A DNA stretch of 61,983 nt, the filler included, from Choristocarpus tenellus KU-1152 (Eukaryota > Protista > Phaeophyceae): NCBI GenBank assembly GCA_964200185.2. It is 10 parts of 10 records of this genome, joined end to end, with 100 filler letters (N's around TTAATTAATTAA, not from the genome) between each part and the next. Parts side by side here need not be neighbours in the genome. Positions count along the whole stretch, not along the records: positions 37,092 to 39,619 come from CAXNAD020027042.1; positions 39,720 to 47,194 come from CAXNAD020006096.1; positions 47,295 to 51,600 come from CAXNAD020015197.1; 7 more parts are not named here. One strand, written 5' to 3'. Below are positions 37,092 to 49,900 of the stretch, piece by piece (the first letter of the stretch is position 1; each line of letters starts with the position of its first letter). Both the position numbers and the translations under genes were made by a program. The notes beneath the pieces were generated by a model. It was not told the origin of the DNA. It saw nothing but the letters and a program-made list of their open reading frames with translations, and did not search any database.

Positions 37092-39619
37092 GCCCCCTTC
37101 TGCGCTCTCCACCTATGGTCCTCAAAAAGGAGCTAAACGCCGACACAAAGACCGTACGCCAAACAGATTTACGTGCGAGAACCCCCATTGCCAGCAAAAG
37201 TCCAAAAACCATGAATAGGCATGGTGTAGGGATTATGTTGACATGCCGGGAGCGCCACCCCGAGTTACGGAAGGGGAGAAGCAGAAAAAGATAGAGGAAG
37301 CTAGAACTCGAAAGTACAGTAGGAATTGATGGGGCCCAGAAGACATTAACCCCTGTAGTTCTTTTGGGTGGGGAGTCGGTTCTAATACAAGAGTCGATGG
37401 GGTTGTAAAACGAGCGAAACATGATTCGTCTAGTGTAGCATTAGCTCCACAAGCACAGTTTATTCCTCAACATTTTCTGGAATAAAATGTTTTGCATTCA
37501 ATTTTTCCTTCAAGTCCAGAGCAGAGTCTTAATAATAAAATACTTCATGGTACTCTAGTGCATTATTACAATACATATCTCTTCCTTTGTGTATAAAGTC
37601 ATCATCAAAACGTATACTTGTGCAAGGAAAAAATAATTCTGAACCAGCTACCTTGACCTTGGACACTGCAAGTGATATACCCTGTATTTCTCACAAATTT
37701 ATAGTTTCCCATCCTTCGCTCCAGAATTCCCATATTGAACCAATTCCAGCAGGTGCAATCAACCTTTGTTCAGCAGATGGCAGTGCTTAGACCATCTTGG
37801 GTTTTATCAGGTTCTCTCTTCAATTAGGTGATATTACAATCCCGGTTGAAGCTTTAGTGTTACCCACTTTAGGACCTGATGATGTTCTACTTGACAACAG
37901 TATTTTTTATGCTTTTGGAGCAATGTATGACTGGAAAACTCAAAGGTTATCATTCCAAAAGAGTACAACTGTCATACCTGCCATTCATCGTACTACCCCC
38001 TCTGTTGATATGTCATCCCCTCTTCAAATAGCAGCTATACAAGCAAAAGTTCCTTCTACACCATTTCGTTTGAAGGAGAAAATATCCATTCCACCAGAAT
38101 CTGAAACGCTTGTATCTGCTATAAGTGAGGAAAACCCCCCCGTAACTTGTGATGCTGTTGTAGAACCACGTGTTTGTTCATTTCATGATATTGATTCATT
38201 AAATATTAATGATCCTTGGCAATTTATTGCTGTTGCTCGGACAGTTACAATGTGGGATTCTGATGACGGGTCAGGGGTAGTACAAATTGCTAACATGTCC
38301 TCACAAACAGTTCATTTACCCAAGAATACTTTACTTGGTCACATCTACCCTGCAAACATAATCAACACCAAACAATCTCACATTATTTCTGCAACATCTA
38401 TATCTGGACCTGATTGAGAGCGTCTTGATAATGCGTTGGAACCTGCTTTTATCAACACTACTTTCTCTTCATCTCAAAAACAAGAAACTCTGAATCTTTG
38501 TGCCAAATTCCGTTCAGTATTCTCCCTCGATACCTCTGAATTGGGAACTTGCACCATTTCAGAAGTCGATTTTCCTCTCGAACCAGGTACCAGACCGATT
38601 AGTCGAGCACCATACTGTACCAATCCACAAGTGAGAGGTATTATTGATAAATGTGTTGATGATATACAAAACCAAGGATTAATTGAACCTCGTTCTAGTC
38701 CATGGGGTTCCCCTGTTACTATTGTTGCTAAAGCAGATGGACCCCAAGATTCTGCATTGATTATTGGAGGACTATAAATAACACCATATTAAACGTTCTT
38801 GGCCCATGCCTTTAGCTGAGGAACATCTTGATTCCATTGGTGCAGCAAAATTTCTTTCTGTTGCAGATGTTCAATCAGCATATCATCAGATTCCTGTGGC
38901 GGAAGCAGACATTGACAGGACTGCTTTTGTCACCCATAAAGGCAAGTTTGTATGGAAACGACTTCCTTTTGGTTTGAGCAATGCTCCATTTATTTTTCAA
39001 CGTATGATGGCTCGAGCACTATCTGATTTTGGCACGGGGTCAGGTCTGTTATGTTACATGGATGATCTCATTCTTTATTCGTCCACTTGGCAACATCATA
39101 TAACTTTGCTTTAAAAGCTTTTTAATGCCCTTTAGAATGCTGGCCTCACTTTAAAACCTTCTAAATTGAAGTTTGGTCCAGCAGAGGTTGAATACCTTGG
39201 TCATATTATTTCTAGTGCAGGAGTATGTCTTGGAAAAGCTCGAATTCAAGCTATTGTTGACCTGCCCACTCCCCGAACGATAAAGGACGTTCGTTCTATC
39301 CTTGGTATGTGCAATTTTTGTCGAAAGTTCATCCCTCATTATACAGATCTGACAGAACCCCTTCTAAAATTTACACGTAAAGAATTCATCTCTCGTCCTT
39401 CTGGTGAAATTGGAAAAGCATGGACATCAGTTCACGATAATGCACTAGAAAAAATAAAAATAGCATTAACATCAGCCCCTCTTTTACATTATCCAGACTT
39501 TTCAAAATCCTTTGTGGTACACGTGGATGCTTCCAACCTGGGTAGTGGTGGTTTTCTTGCTCAAAAAGTTTCAGATGATCCAACGAATTCCTCACTTCAT
39601 ATTGTGGCTTACTTTAGCA
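37092..39619 (+). mobile_element. Ty3/Gypsy LTR retrotransposon internal region (gag end, protease, RT, start of RNase H), inactivated
   Basis: Protease LDTAS; RT SPWGSPVTIV, DVQSAYHQIPV, TAFVTHKG, RLPFGLSNAP, YMDD, VEYLGH; RNase H FVVHVDASNLGSGGFLAQ, IVAYFS. Domain order is Gypsy-type. Stops near 38415, 39112 and 39133; frameshifts near 37790 and 38740. Confidence 0.95.
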
Positions 39620-42069
39620 NNNNNNNNNNNNNNNNNNNNNNNNNNNNNNNNNNNNNNNNNNNNTTAATTAATTAANNNNNNNNNNNNNNNNNNNNNNNNN
39701 NNNNNNNNNNNNNNNNNNNGGGGGGGGGAGGGGAATCTCCCTGTAAGGCTCGGCAAAAGAAGGAACACCTGAGGCATCCATCTATATAATGACAAAAAGG
39801 TTATGGCGCTCCCTTCTCCAATACCACATCTAATGTGCTAACCACGTCACCCACATTTAACATTTTTTCCTCAACAATTTCTTTTACCAACAGCATCACA
39901 ACCAAGGCAAGGCACCTAAGGTATTATCCACTCACCACCCCATTTCCCTTTTCCAGCCCCCCAACGTTAATCCTTTAATCCTTCTTTGTTAGTCAGAATT
40001 TTCAATGCCCCAAAAAAGAACCAAAGGCGATCGCCCCCCTCACCCTGGCAGAGCACCCCTCCCCTGTTATCTAAACAATCCTACAAACAAATGAACAAAC
40101 AACAAACACACCACAACCAACTTTGAACTGCACAAACTATCCCACCGAGGTAATGCCAGCAGCAGGCAGAGTGAGGAAATGCCTTTGCATGGTTGTAAAT
40201 CCAGCATAGGTTCCTCCCTTCCCCTTCATTCCCTCAGAAGACAGTCCAACCTCTATTCCAAGCACCATTCCGGTCAAACATTGAAAACCTTCCTTCATAT
40301 TCTGTTGACCCCCTCCTCCCCCCACTGCTGCTGTTCTGCACCCCTGTGTCTATTGACAATAGTTCCTATGATGGTAGGCCAGTTTCTCCTGAGGGCTGCG
40401 AGATGTGAGCCAAGGAATGGCTTCCCTCCTGTGTGCCTGCTGGAACTCTGCCTGTGCATGCGCCTTCAGGTTCTCTCTACTTCGCGCATACATGACCTTA
40501 AGGGAGGGGGAGGGGGGGGCAAACCAAGCGGATGAACACACACATTGACACAGGTAACATGTTTACCATGGAATGCAATTTGCAGAAGTTAATTGGTCTA
40601 AAATCAGGATCAGCAGTTGGAGGTTGCTCTACTATGTGGAAAAAAAGCCGGCGCCTTGATCCAGTACAAAAGCATTGCGCCCATACTTTGCGTGTAATAT
40701 ATGCCTGTGGAAGCACAAAAAACGTCTTGACTACTGCCAAGCAAATTAAGTCACTTTCTAGAACCAGCTATGTAAAAAAAAAATCACGAATAGTAACATA
40801 TTAAGGTCAGACTACACAAGCAGGACATATCTGTACGCACAACTGATAGAAAACCAGCTACATGTTTGGTGTACGAAACGCCTTCACCTCAGAGGTGGTA
40901 CAAGCAACAACAAAGCAATATTCAAGGTGTGAAAGGAGATAGCAGTGAAGGCAACACAGCACAATAAAAAATGCAACACCAACAAAAACATTTGAGAGGA
41001 AAAGATGTAACTCAAATTACCAAGTTGTCGCTCTCTTTGCCCTTTTTAAATGATGACAAGCTAAAACTGCCTGAGGTGCACCACTTGTCAATTATTTATT
41101 AATGAGACATGCAACAAACGGAGCGAAGAAGTGCTATGAATACTATGATCCAGTTAAAAGGCTAATCAAGATCATAATAAAACTGAGATCAACAAACTTT
41201 TGAGGAGTTGGTTACTTCATTGCACTGATATACGTGTTTAAAATGTTTTAAGGGTGCCTGATTCATGCATTGCACCCATGATTCGATTCTTATTTAGTTG
41301 GTTGGAAGCTTTGAGCCGACGAAATTAATACTCACAAAAACGTATTCATTTGCAACACTGGAAATAGCCCCAAATAATTCCATACAAAATTTGTGCAAAA
41401 TATCTGACAACTACCTCTTCACAAAAGGGTTAATATGCATCCCTTTGTAGTGTGTTTGTGTTTTTGAGGGGGGTAAGACCTATGTACTCATCCAAAATTG
41501 GAGTTCACAATGATAGAACAAAGGGAGCAAAAGCTCTACAATTCTCCACACCACTCCACTAGCTGATGGCATACATAGAAAAATACAAAATCCGGCAAAG
41601 AAATAGAGTAGAAAAATGAAACCTGCAACCTAAGAGTGTTCTACTGAGTAAACACAACAAGGTGGTGGTTGTCATGGGGGGTATACAGGAGAGATAAGGG
41701 CAAGAGAAGAAAGTGGGGTAAAGTAGATCCATTTCAGGTACCATTCTCAAGTCACTCAATGAGTAGGGTTAAGAAGACATCACAGAATAAGGACAGCAGA
41801 CATGTGGTAGATGATCAACACCAGAAACAAAAAAAATACCACTTAGATTCGATGTTCATCTTGTCATACTTGGTGATGAAATATTAGGGTTACTTGTACT
41901 TGAGTAGAGTGCTATACATCTTGTGGATCACACAGATCAACCTAACTGGGCTATATATACTCTTGGGGATCCGGTAGCGGGGTATTGATCCTGCATCACA
42001 GGAACCATCACAGCGATTACAGCATATCAAAATGTGAAGTCTTCTAGCCATCAATGGATGAGCACCAAT

Positions 42070-43635
42070 CTATGAACCTTGAAAAACATAGTACTTTGGG
42101 CAACTGCACGGTAAATGAGATATTTTACACACATGCCCTCCTAGTAATGCACACTTTTGCCTTCTCACCTCAAGATATTCTCCGAGTGCCCTGTCTTCAT
42201 CATCCTCCTCTTCTCCACCAACCCCTGATGCTTCCCCCAACCCTTCAAAGTCAACTGACGCTCGTCGCCCTGGCAATACTAGGTCGGTTACAATGCCAAT
42301 ACTGCTTGCCAGGCAAAAGTGATCCCTGAAACCTGGTGGGGGTTTGTCTCTCAAGCCCGCCCTCCCATTTTCGCCTGCTCCTTCCCAATGGTATCCCCAA
42401 CTCCCCACATCCTTGTCACCTGCAGTGAAAGCAGCATTGGCATCTACTTCCGTAGATTCATTCCCAACTTGAAGCTCCTGAAACACATCTATATGGCACG
42501 TTGTCCGCCCCTCTCGTCGGCGCTTCTTCTCCAACCGCCACGCCTGTGACGAAACCTCTTCCCGGTTATCACGCTTTCCTGTCACCCGGAGATCAACAAA
42601 AAGCCCTGATCTACATCCCAGGTTCAATGAATTCACCGATGGCACTGTCCCAGCCCCTCCCCCAGGTGCTGGAGCTGATTGTGGTGATGTTGGTGGCTGC
42701 CTGGATGGCATGTGGCGTGGATCGATAGTGTATAGGGGAAAGTGTTGTGGGGAGAGCTGCAGAGCACTAAGAGGAAACGTATACAGACCAAGTCCGAGCG
42801 GGCCATGGAAGAAACGACGTATTGTCGGTCCAGTTCCCTGGTGGAGCCCCCCCACAAACCAGTTTTCTGCTCCTCGCTGGGCCTGTCCTCCTCCAAGCCC
42901 TTGAATGGAGCTTTGTCCTTGCCGTCTCTCTTGCAGGCAAGGACTCGGTCCGTGTTGTGCCCCTCCCTGATTGGTAGAGTGTTCTCTTCCCAGTGAAACT
43001 TCTGGTTGGTGATGCAAGTGAACTTGATGCCCTGGGTGCTGAAACATCTGCAGCACTGGAGCGACATGCAAGGGATGCCAGTGGAGCAGTGGTATTGTTG
43101 CATCAGGTACTTGTGAGGCGCACTGATGGGTTGGTGGCGGTGGTGGTGGCAGTGGAGTTGATGGTGGCGGCTGCTGCCGTGGCAACATTCCCATAGACAC
43201 AACTGGCGTTCCCCTCCCTGCATTCACTACACCTCCAGTAACCAGGTTGGCTACTGGGGTGTCAACAAATCCCCATTGATGGCCATGGTCATGACTATGA
43301 CCGTGCCCTAGTCCCGGCCCAGGCCCGTGAAGGCATACAGCTGGAATAGGTAACCTTAACCTATCCTCGGCAATGTTCACTTCGCGACCAGACAGGCTTC
43401 TCGAGATTCCACGTACAGGACTGTGGGAAAAATTAGAAGGTGGCTGAGGTGGAGACAACTCAGGCTGACGTGACGGCCACAATTCTTCCTCCACAATCTT
43501 CACCAGTCTGAATCTCTCTTCCAGATCCAGCGTCGCTCCTGTCAGGCATTGCGCCCTGGTGGTAGGCTGTGTTGTCGGCAACGGATATTTTGAAATTGTG
43601 TGAGGAGGTCGATTGGTAAATGGCTGTGTCGCCAT
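42070..43635 (-). CDS. Long low-complexity (Pro/Gly/His/Gln-rich) ORF, probably a large 5' exon of an uncharacterised gene or element
   Basis: About 520 stop-free codons from ATG 43635 (MATQPF...) in locally GC-richer DNA; candidate donor GAG|gtgaga near 42168; further exon-like blocks with plausible splice sites at ~40705-40568 and ~40497-40350. Confidence 0.55.
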   Translation of the reverse strand: MATQPFTNRPPHTISKYPLPTTQPTTRAQCLTGATLDLEERFRLVKIVEEELWPSRQPELSPPQPPSNFSHSPVRGISRSLSGREVNIAEDRLRLPIPAVCLHGPGPGLGHGHSHDHGHQWGFVDTPVANLVTGGVVNAGRGTPVVSMGMLPRQQPPPSTPLPPPPPPTHQCASQVPDATIPLLHWHPLHVAPVLQMFQHPGHQVHLHHQPEVSLGREHSTNQGGAQHGPSPCLQERRQGQSSIQGLGGGQAQRGAENWFVGGLHQGTGPTIRRFFHGPLGLGLYTFPLSALQLSPQHFPLYTIDPRHMPSRQPPTSPQSAPAPGGGAGTVPSVNSLNLGCRSGLFVDLRVTGKRDNREEVSSQAWRLEKKRRREGRTTCHIDVFQELQVGNESTEVDANAAFTAGDKDVGSWGYHWEGAGENGRAGLRDKPPPGFRDHFCLASSIGIVTDLVLPGRRASVDFEGLGEASGVGGEEEDDEDRALGEYLEVRRQKCALLGGHVCKISHLPCSCPKYYVFQGS

Positions 43636-44548
43636 GGACGCTATGTGAGGAAAATCTCTAGCAAACAAAATAGAAAACTCCAAAAGCCTTTGTTAATGCT
43701 ATCGAACGAAAAGTGCACTATTGTATAAAACAGGAGGGGGAACACAACTCCTATATTACTCAATAACTTCGAGCTTTTCCCACTCACCGGTACATTTCGT
43801 CCCTCTCCCCCAAAGTGAGCTCCCGGGGCGAGTGGTCGACCGACTGCAGCCATGTGATAAATACCTGACCACGTGGAGACCACCAGGCCACAATAGGAGA
43901 CGAAGGTTACCCCTTCTTTCACACAATGTCCCGGCAGCGAACAAGGTTTTCTCCCTCTAGCCAAGTCTAGACTTTTCTAGCACACAAACACAAAACCCTT
44001 GCTGACAAAAGTTCTAACTTAATGGACTGTTTCAGCTCGGGTTGAAAGAAAGTACTTTTCCAGACTTGCCCCTGCACTCGCTCTCCCTGGTCTCCCTCAA
44101 CCTTGAAACAATCCCCGGTTCAAAACGTTTACCACTGACTCTTACAGACAAAAATGTTCCCACACAAGCCAGACGGTGCCAGTAGATTACCAAAGCTGAC
44201 TATCTGCAAGGGAGTTGAAGTGAGAGTGCCTCAGACTTGGCAGACCTAGCTCTAAGAAGTTCTTCGAGTTTGTCTTACTAAACAGGACACTTCCCTTTGC
44301 CGACCTGCAGTTGTTGAATTTTATCGTAATGACATAACTCTAGAACCTTCTCCTTTTTCTTCCTGTAATGAATGTGACACTACTACGATACACAAACATT
44401 TTTGCATCGGTTCAATCCACTCATGATACTATATATTATTATTTTATCTCTCTAACATTTTGGAGATCGTATAATTAGTATAATTAGTATTGTTGTATTT
44501 AGGGTGGTGTTATTCATTGTAGTGTATAATTATTATATTATTATGTGT

Positions 44549-45325
44549 TCTGACATTTTCCAGATGTGTCAGGGGGAAAACCAATGAAAACTATTCAGAT
44601 GTCAGAAAAATCCCTAAAAAAGTAACAGTTGCCATAAAATGTGAAAGACATGCAATTATTTATTAATAGTGTACAATTGTGTTTTCTGACAGGTAATATA
44701 TATATTATTTTCCCTTCTCACATTATTAATATAGTTTTAGTTTTGGTTTTGGTTTGGTTTTTCTTTATATAACTGTTAAGAGTGCGTAACAATATTTTTC
44801 GCCAACACATCTGGAAAATGTCAATTGTGAGAGCCATTTTCCACAGAAGGTATGCCCTGAAGGTGACCTGTCTTGAACATTATGATATTCATATGACATT
44901 TGTTCTGGCATGTTGAAAGTAGCATCTGTTTGAAGTAAGATTGGGTGGTTTGGAGTGACCTTACCAACAACCCCCTCTTTCAGTTGCCACCTGAACACTC
45001 TTTTCCTGAGTGATCTTCTGAGGGATTGATCTCCCTTTTTGATTTGTCTCTCTCTTGATCTTGCCTCCTGTGGGTCTTCCCGCTCCGCTTCATCACGAAG
45101 AACCTGTCAGCTTGTTTCCATCTGTTTCACAGTGGCGACGACGGCAAGACATAATAATACAATATATATAAGATGCTACCCCGTTTTCCGTTTTGGGGTT
45201 AGTGTTTTTAGGAAATGAGGTTTTCAATTAGTTGAGTGTAGATATAGTGTGAATAAGAAAGTTCATATTGACAGTAAACTTGGAAAATGTATATTTTTCC
45301 CCTGACACATCTGGAAAATTTCACA
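44549..45325. mobile_element. Non-autonomous TIR element, family C (TGTGAMATTTTCCAGATGTGTCAGGGGAAAAA ends)
   Basis: About 30-bp inverted repeats at 44549-44580 and 45294-45325; flanks gtgt/gtgc. Confidence 0.7.
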
Positions 45326-45917
45326 GTGCATATCATTATATTTTGGGCTATGTTATTACCCCCACTCCAACTTTTTCCAGATGTCGAAGGAAGGAAAAGA
45401 CAATTTGAAGGCTACAAAAACCTCTTTATCCAACATGTGCTCAACTCCAATACACTACTTTCTAAAATCCAATATATCTGGTGGGCCCATCACATAGAAG
45501 CTAATGAGGCTCATATACCACATTACGCCCATGGCATTTTCCTCGATTAGTTAGCCACCCATGCAGTACGGGGGAGAGGGGCTGGACGATATTGTAGTTA
45601 GGAAAGGGGCTTTCAAGTTCCGTTTGAAACAGAGATTTTGCGTTACTACAGCACCATAGTGACTCTCTCCAGACATGTCATGTGTGCTAAGTTAGAGACA
45701 TGAGGCGGGTGGGCAAGAAAGGGGATTCATAGATTCTTGGGACGATTCCCTAGCTCCTTGTCCACCTTTCTTTGTGGGGCTAAGATAAGTTATGAGCATA
45801 GAACCAGCATATTATATATTGTTTTGAACAACTGTAAGGTGAATGTTTTGTTTTTTAGTTTTCAAATTTGTACATACTTTCTGGAGGTATGTGTTAGTAT
45901 CGTACACTATTATGCCC

Positions 45918-46929
45918 TCTCACATTTTGTCGATGTGTAAGCGGAAAAATCGATGAAGGCCAGTTTAATATCAGAACAACACCTGAAAAAGTAACAGTTG
46001 TCGTAAATGTGAAAGACATTTTTCTATCGTCTATTCTCTATTTTATTACCACTTATGCTCCACCACTCCCATATATATGTTAGATATTGAATTAATGTTT
46101 TTCGTGTTTATGATAACTGTTACTATTTTAGGGTTTATTCTGAAATGCAAATAGTTTTTGTTGATTTTTCTTTGACGCATCTCCAAAACGTTAGAGGGCA
46201 TGAAGGTAAAAATTATATTTCTATGTCATCTTACATTTTGGAGATGTTCCTTGAAAAAAATATTCACTTTAATCTTTTAGTACGTTATTACCTAGAATCT
46301 ACGATTTATCGTATATCGGAGTATATACGATATATTGTTATATATTATGATATATCGTCCATGTTTACTTCCATGTTTTGGATCCCAACGACTCGAAAAT
46401 CAGAAAATTCCTCGTCCTGCACATCGAAAGAATATATTGAAATATGTGAAATGGTATCGATATGATTTGATGTATTCTGTTGATGTAATCGAAGTTCTTA
46501 GTGATTGAGGAATAACTCCCAAACCTTCAATTGTCATAGAGTAAATGATCTTGACACAAAACTTTATTTTGGGAAATAATCTTACATGTATCACACAGCA
46601 GACATAGGTAAAGTGTAAGAGAAAATAATCGAGTTATCGAAATGTGTTCAATACGATTTTGATATATAATGGAATATTTTCCTGATGCTCTTTGATAAAA
46701 GATTGGGGTGGTATGACGTTATGATATTTCCTCCTAACGCACACATACGCACGTATATTTGTACTACCATTTCAAGCTAGGTCGTGTCAATGACGTTGCC
46801 TTGAAAATAATAAATTATCCAATGACTACGACTTCAGATGAAATTGGTATAATAAAAATATATTGGTCATTCCGCAACAACTAAAGTTTTTCAGCGGTTT
46901 TTCCCCTCACACATCTCCAAAATGTCACA
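45918..46929. mobile_element. Second, more diverged family C TIR element
   Basis: Left tctcacattttgtcgatgtgtaagcggaaaaa; right tttttcccctcacacatctccaaaatgtcaca; internal aaaagtaacagttg..aaatgtgaaagacat shared with 44617-44651. Confidence 0.6.
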
Positions 46930-47349
46930 AGCCATAATAAAAATATATAGTAGTAGTAGTATGTGGAAGAAGAAACCGCTATCTACGAAAATACATCAAC
47001 ATGATCTAATTCAGGTGCAGTGCTCTCGCAGTTTCAGATAGGGATGCGAGGGTTCGAACCCAACCAGGTCCAGATTTTCATCCTAAAGAAAAATGGACTT
47101 CTACCAACTTCTAGAAAGCGCATATGTTACAGGCGAATAGCGCGAGCGTTTCTTCTTGTATTTCAACGAAGTGCAAGCGTTTGTTACACGCGAANNNNNN
47201 NNNNNNNNNNNNNNNNNNNNNNNNNNNNNNNNNNNNNNTTAATTAATTAANNNNNNNNNNNNNNNNNNNNNNNNNNNNNNNNNNNNNNNNNNNNAAAACA
47301 ACCATCCTCATAGTCCCGCGCCAACCTCAATTTTGCCAATCCCCTGTTA

Positions 47350-47725
47350 TTCGGAGCCCATTTTTCCATGTATGTAGCTATTTTTGTGTGATTTGGCGCT
47401 ATCAAGAAGGCACAGATAAATTTGGTCTGCCGCTAGAGGGGGCAGCAGTACGACTTTGATCTGACCATCGACACCAAGTGGTACCGGGAGTGGTATGTGG
47501 AGAAAAGTCTCCACATACATATTGAACACAAAAAGCCATAGTTGGATGGTAGGAGGTTGTAGCGCAGCAGGACGGAGCAACCCCCCATACGGGAAAAGAC
47601 GCACCGCAGAAAGTCATCAAACCTACGAGGGAGAGGGAATAAAACCTCAAGCTCGTAACACAACCTTCGCATTTACCTGATCTACGTATCAACGATTTGG
47701 GCTTCTTTGCATCCCTAAAAAGTAG
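47350..47725 (+). mobile_element. Decayed mariner-type transposase, catalytic-domain fragment
   Basis: QQDGATPHTGK...KLVTQPSHLPDLRINDLGFFASLK in one frame with one TAA. Confidence 0.8.
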
Positions 47726-49071
47726 CAGTGGATTGGTGGACAAAAGGGGTTTTCACGTAATAAGCATTAAGGAATGCAACGTAGAAAATTGTTTTTCACC
47801 AGAAGTCATCTCAAGAAGTTACGCCGTTAACATCACAGACTTATGAGACAGAGGGAGTAGGTATCTCAAATTTTGGACTTTGTAAACAGGTGATTAGTGT
47901 ATGAATCACTACCCACACCTTAACCGGCGCGAGCGGTAAATGGTTACACGGACAGCCCAAAAGGGGAAGGTTCAAAGTTGTCTTATTTTCACGGTGTAAA
48001 ATCTGTTTATTTATGTCTTATTTTTACATTGTAAAATCTGTATATTGAGAATAAATTGGGTATTCAGGAGAAGTATATGAGACGTTTGATAGTCATGACA
48101 TTCGGAGTACATTTGAGGATATTCACTCAAACACCAAGCTAAAAATACCTTTTACGCTTGTCAAAATAACAGCCTGTCAAGCGTCCCATCTTGCTGGTTG
48201 ACAGGATTTCGACACATCGTAGGTACCCTCTTCAAGCCCTATCACTACCCTACCAGTTTGTGGATTAAAGACAAATATCCCATAGGTTCTGCATTTATTT
48301 CGAATCTGCTTGCCACTTCTCTCCAGTTGGGGAAAAAGGATTAACACTGTGACTTCTGTGGCTCAGAAGCCACATCCTCAGTTTAGGGATGGCCTTGCGG
48401 CCATGCATGAAGGAATCATTATGCATGGTTGCATCAATGGCTTCTGGGGCACTGGCACTCTAGATCATGGCCTCAGGGATCTCTCTATTGAGGGATGACA
48501 TTGAGGCTGTGAAAGAGAGCGCCGGCCACCTTACTCAGTGTGCCTTGTGTACATCAATGGCTTCCCAGACATTAGTGCTCAAGACCATATATCAACTCTA
48601 CCTGAAGCAGAATTCCAAGAGAGCCAGGGCCGGAAGAGTGTTGATAAGAATCCGTGTACAGAACAAACGCTCGTACTCAAGAAGTGATTGACTCGTGTGT
48701 CAATATTATGGAAGAGGAAGGTATCAATTTAAAACGTGCCAGCCCTTAGGGTAGTCCTGTTACCATCGTAGCTTAGTCTGCTGGTTCTACATAATTCTGT
48801 GTAGACTGCTGCTTTACTGGTAATAAACATCTTGTTGGACAGACTCGTCACATATGCTTGATATGAAATCACACATCAATACCGTGAGTGGTGTTAAATG
48901 ATCACCATTTGTCATATTCAGTGAGTGCATATACTGGCAGATTCCAGTTGCTGATCTGATATTGATAAGATTGCTTTTGTCACTTCAAGGGACAACTATG
49001 TTTCTAAGAGGATACCGTTTGGGATTTCAATTCCTCCCTGTGAATTTCACATAATCATATCGCTAGCCTTC

Positions 49072-49329
49072 GATTGAAAGTATCTTAGAGGGTACAAGTT
49101 TTTCTCTGTTTGTCCATTTGGGGCTTGGCTTCCCACAGGTATTTAATGACAATTTACCTACTCAAAAATGGTTTAGAGTAGGTAAAATGTATACACTATG
49201 AAAAGGAGTGTCCAGAACAAGGATATTGACTTCTCCTAACAGACATGATAGCCAATTTTTTTCTAAATTGCAATATTGGATTTCAGCCTCCAAATGGACG
49301 CGGCTCTACCCTCTAAGATACTTTGACTC
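49072..49329. mobile_element. MITE family A copy inside the Gypsy RT relic
   Basis: 4-bp TSD cttc; removing element plus one TSD restores GCC TTC GCC AAC TTT GGT (AFANFG). Confidence 0.93.
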
Positions 49330-49637
49330 CTTCGCCAACTTTGGTTCATGCAGTGGTTTGGTCGTTTACATGGAGAAGCTGGTTGCTTGTTCTCCGACAT
49401 AGGAAGGGCAATTGCCTTTACTGGAGCAGCAATTCAAAGCATTAATAGCAGCAGGCTCAACCCTGAAACCGTCAAAGATTAAATTTGGGTCTAAACAAGT
49501 ACGTTGTCCGCGTCACACGTGTCGTCTACAGGGATATGTATTGGTGAGAACAGGTTCGTGTCACCACTGAATTACCTAAGCCCACCACTATCAAAGAATA
49601 TTATTGTGGACAAATTTCACAGTCATTGGACTTTTAG

Positions 49638-49900
49638 GATCCAAAGCATTTAAAAGGGTAGGGCCGTGTCCATTCGGGGTCATAAATCCAATGTTATGCT
49701 GTTGCTGAATTTTGGCTATTGTGTTTGTTAGCAAGTGTCAATATCCTTTCTCCAGACACACCTTTCATAGTCGTCGTATATGCATTTTAGGTAACTGTGT
49801 TAACACAGAAAACCAAAAAGAGGCATAAAAAATCCGTGGGAAGCCAAGCCCCAAACGGACAAACGAGGCAAGACTCCTACCCTCTTAAATATTTTGACTC
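49638..49900. mobile_element. MITE family A, subfamily 2
   Basis: GATCCAAAGCATTTAAAAGGGTA...TTTGACTC; 4-bp TSD ttag; internal variant shared with 50413-50669. Confidence 0.88.

Noticed and set aside
34132-40352. In-frame TAA/TAG in several coding-like regions, with both full genes ending in TGA, as a sign of stop-codon reassignment
   Set aside because: About 1100 codons of the two intact genes contain no TAA/TAG; the stops occur in TE relics and pseudogenes alongside frameshifts.
47020-47075. B-box-like GGTTCGAACCC as a tRNA gene
   Set aside because: No A-box or cloverleaf; at most a SINE remnant.
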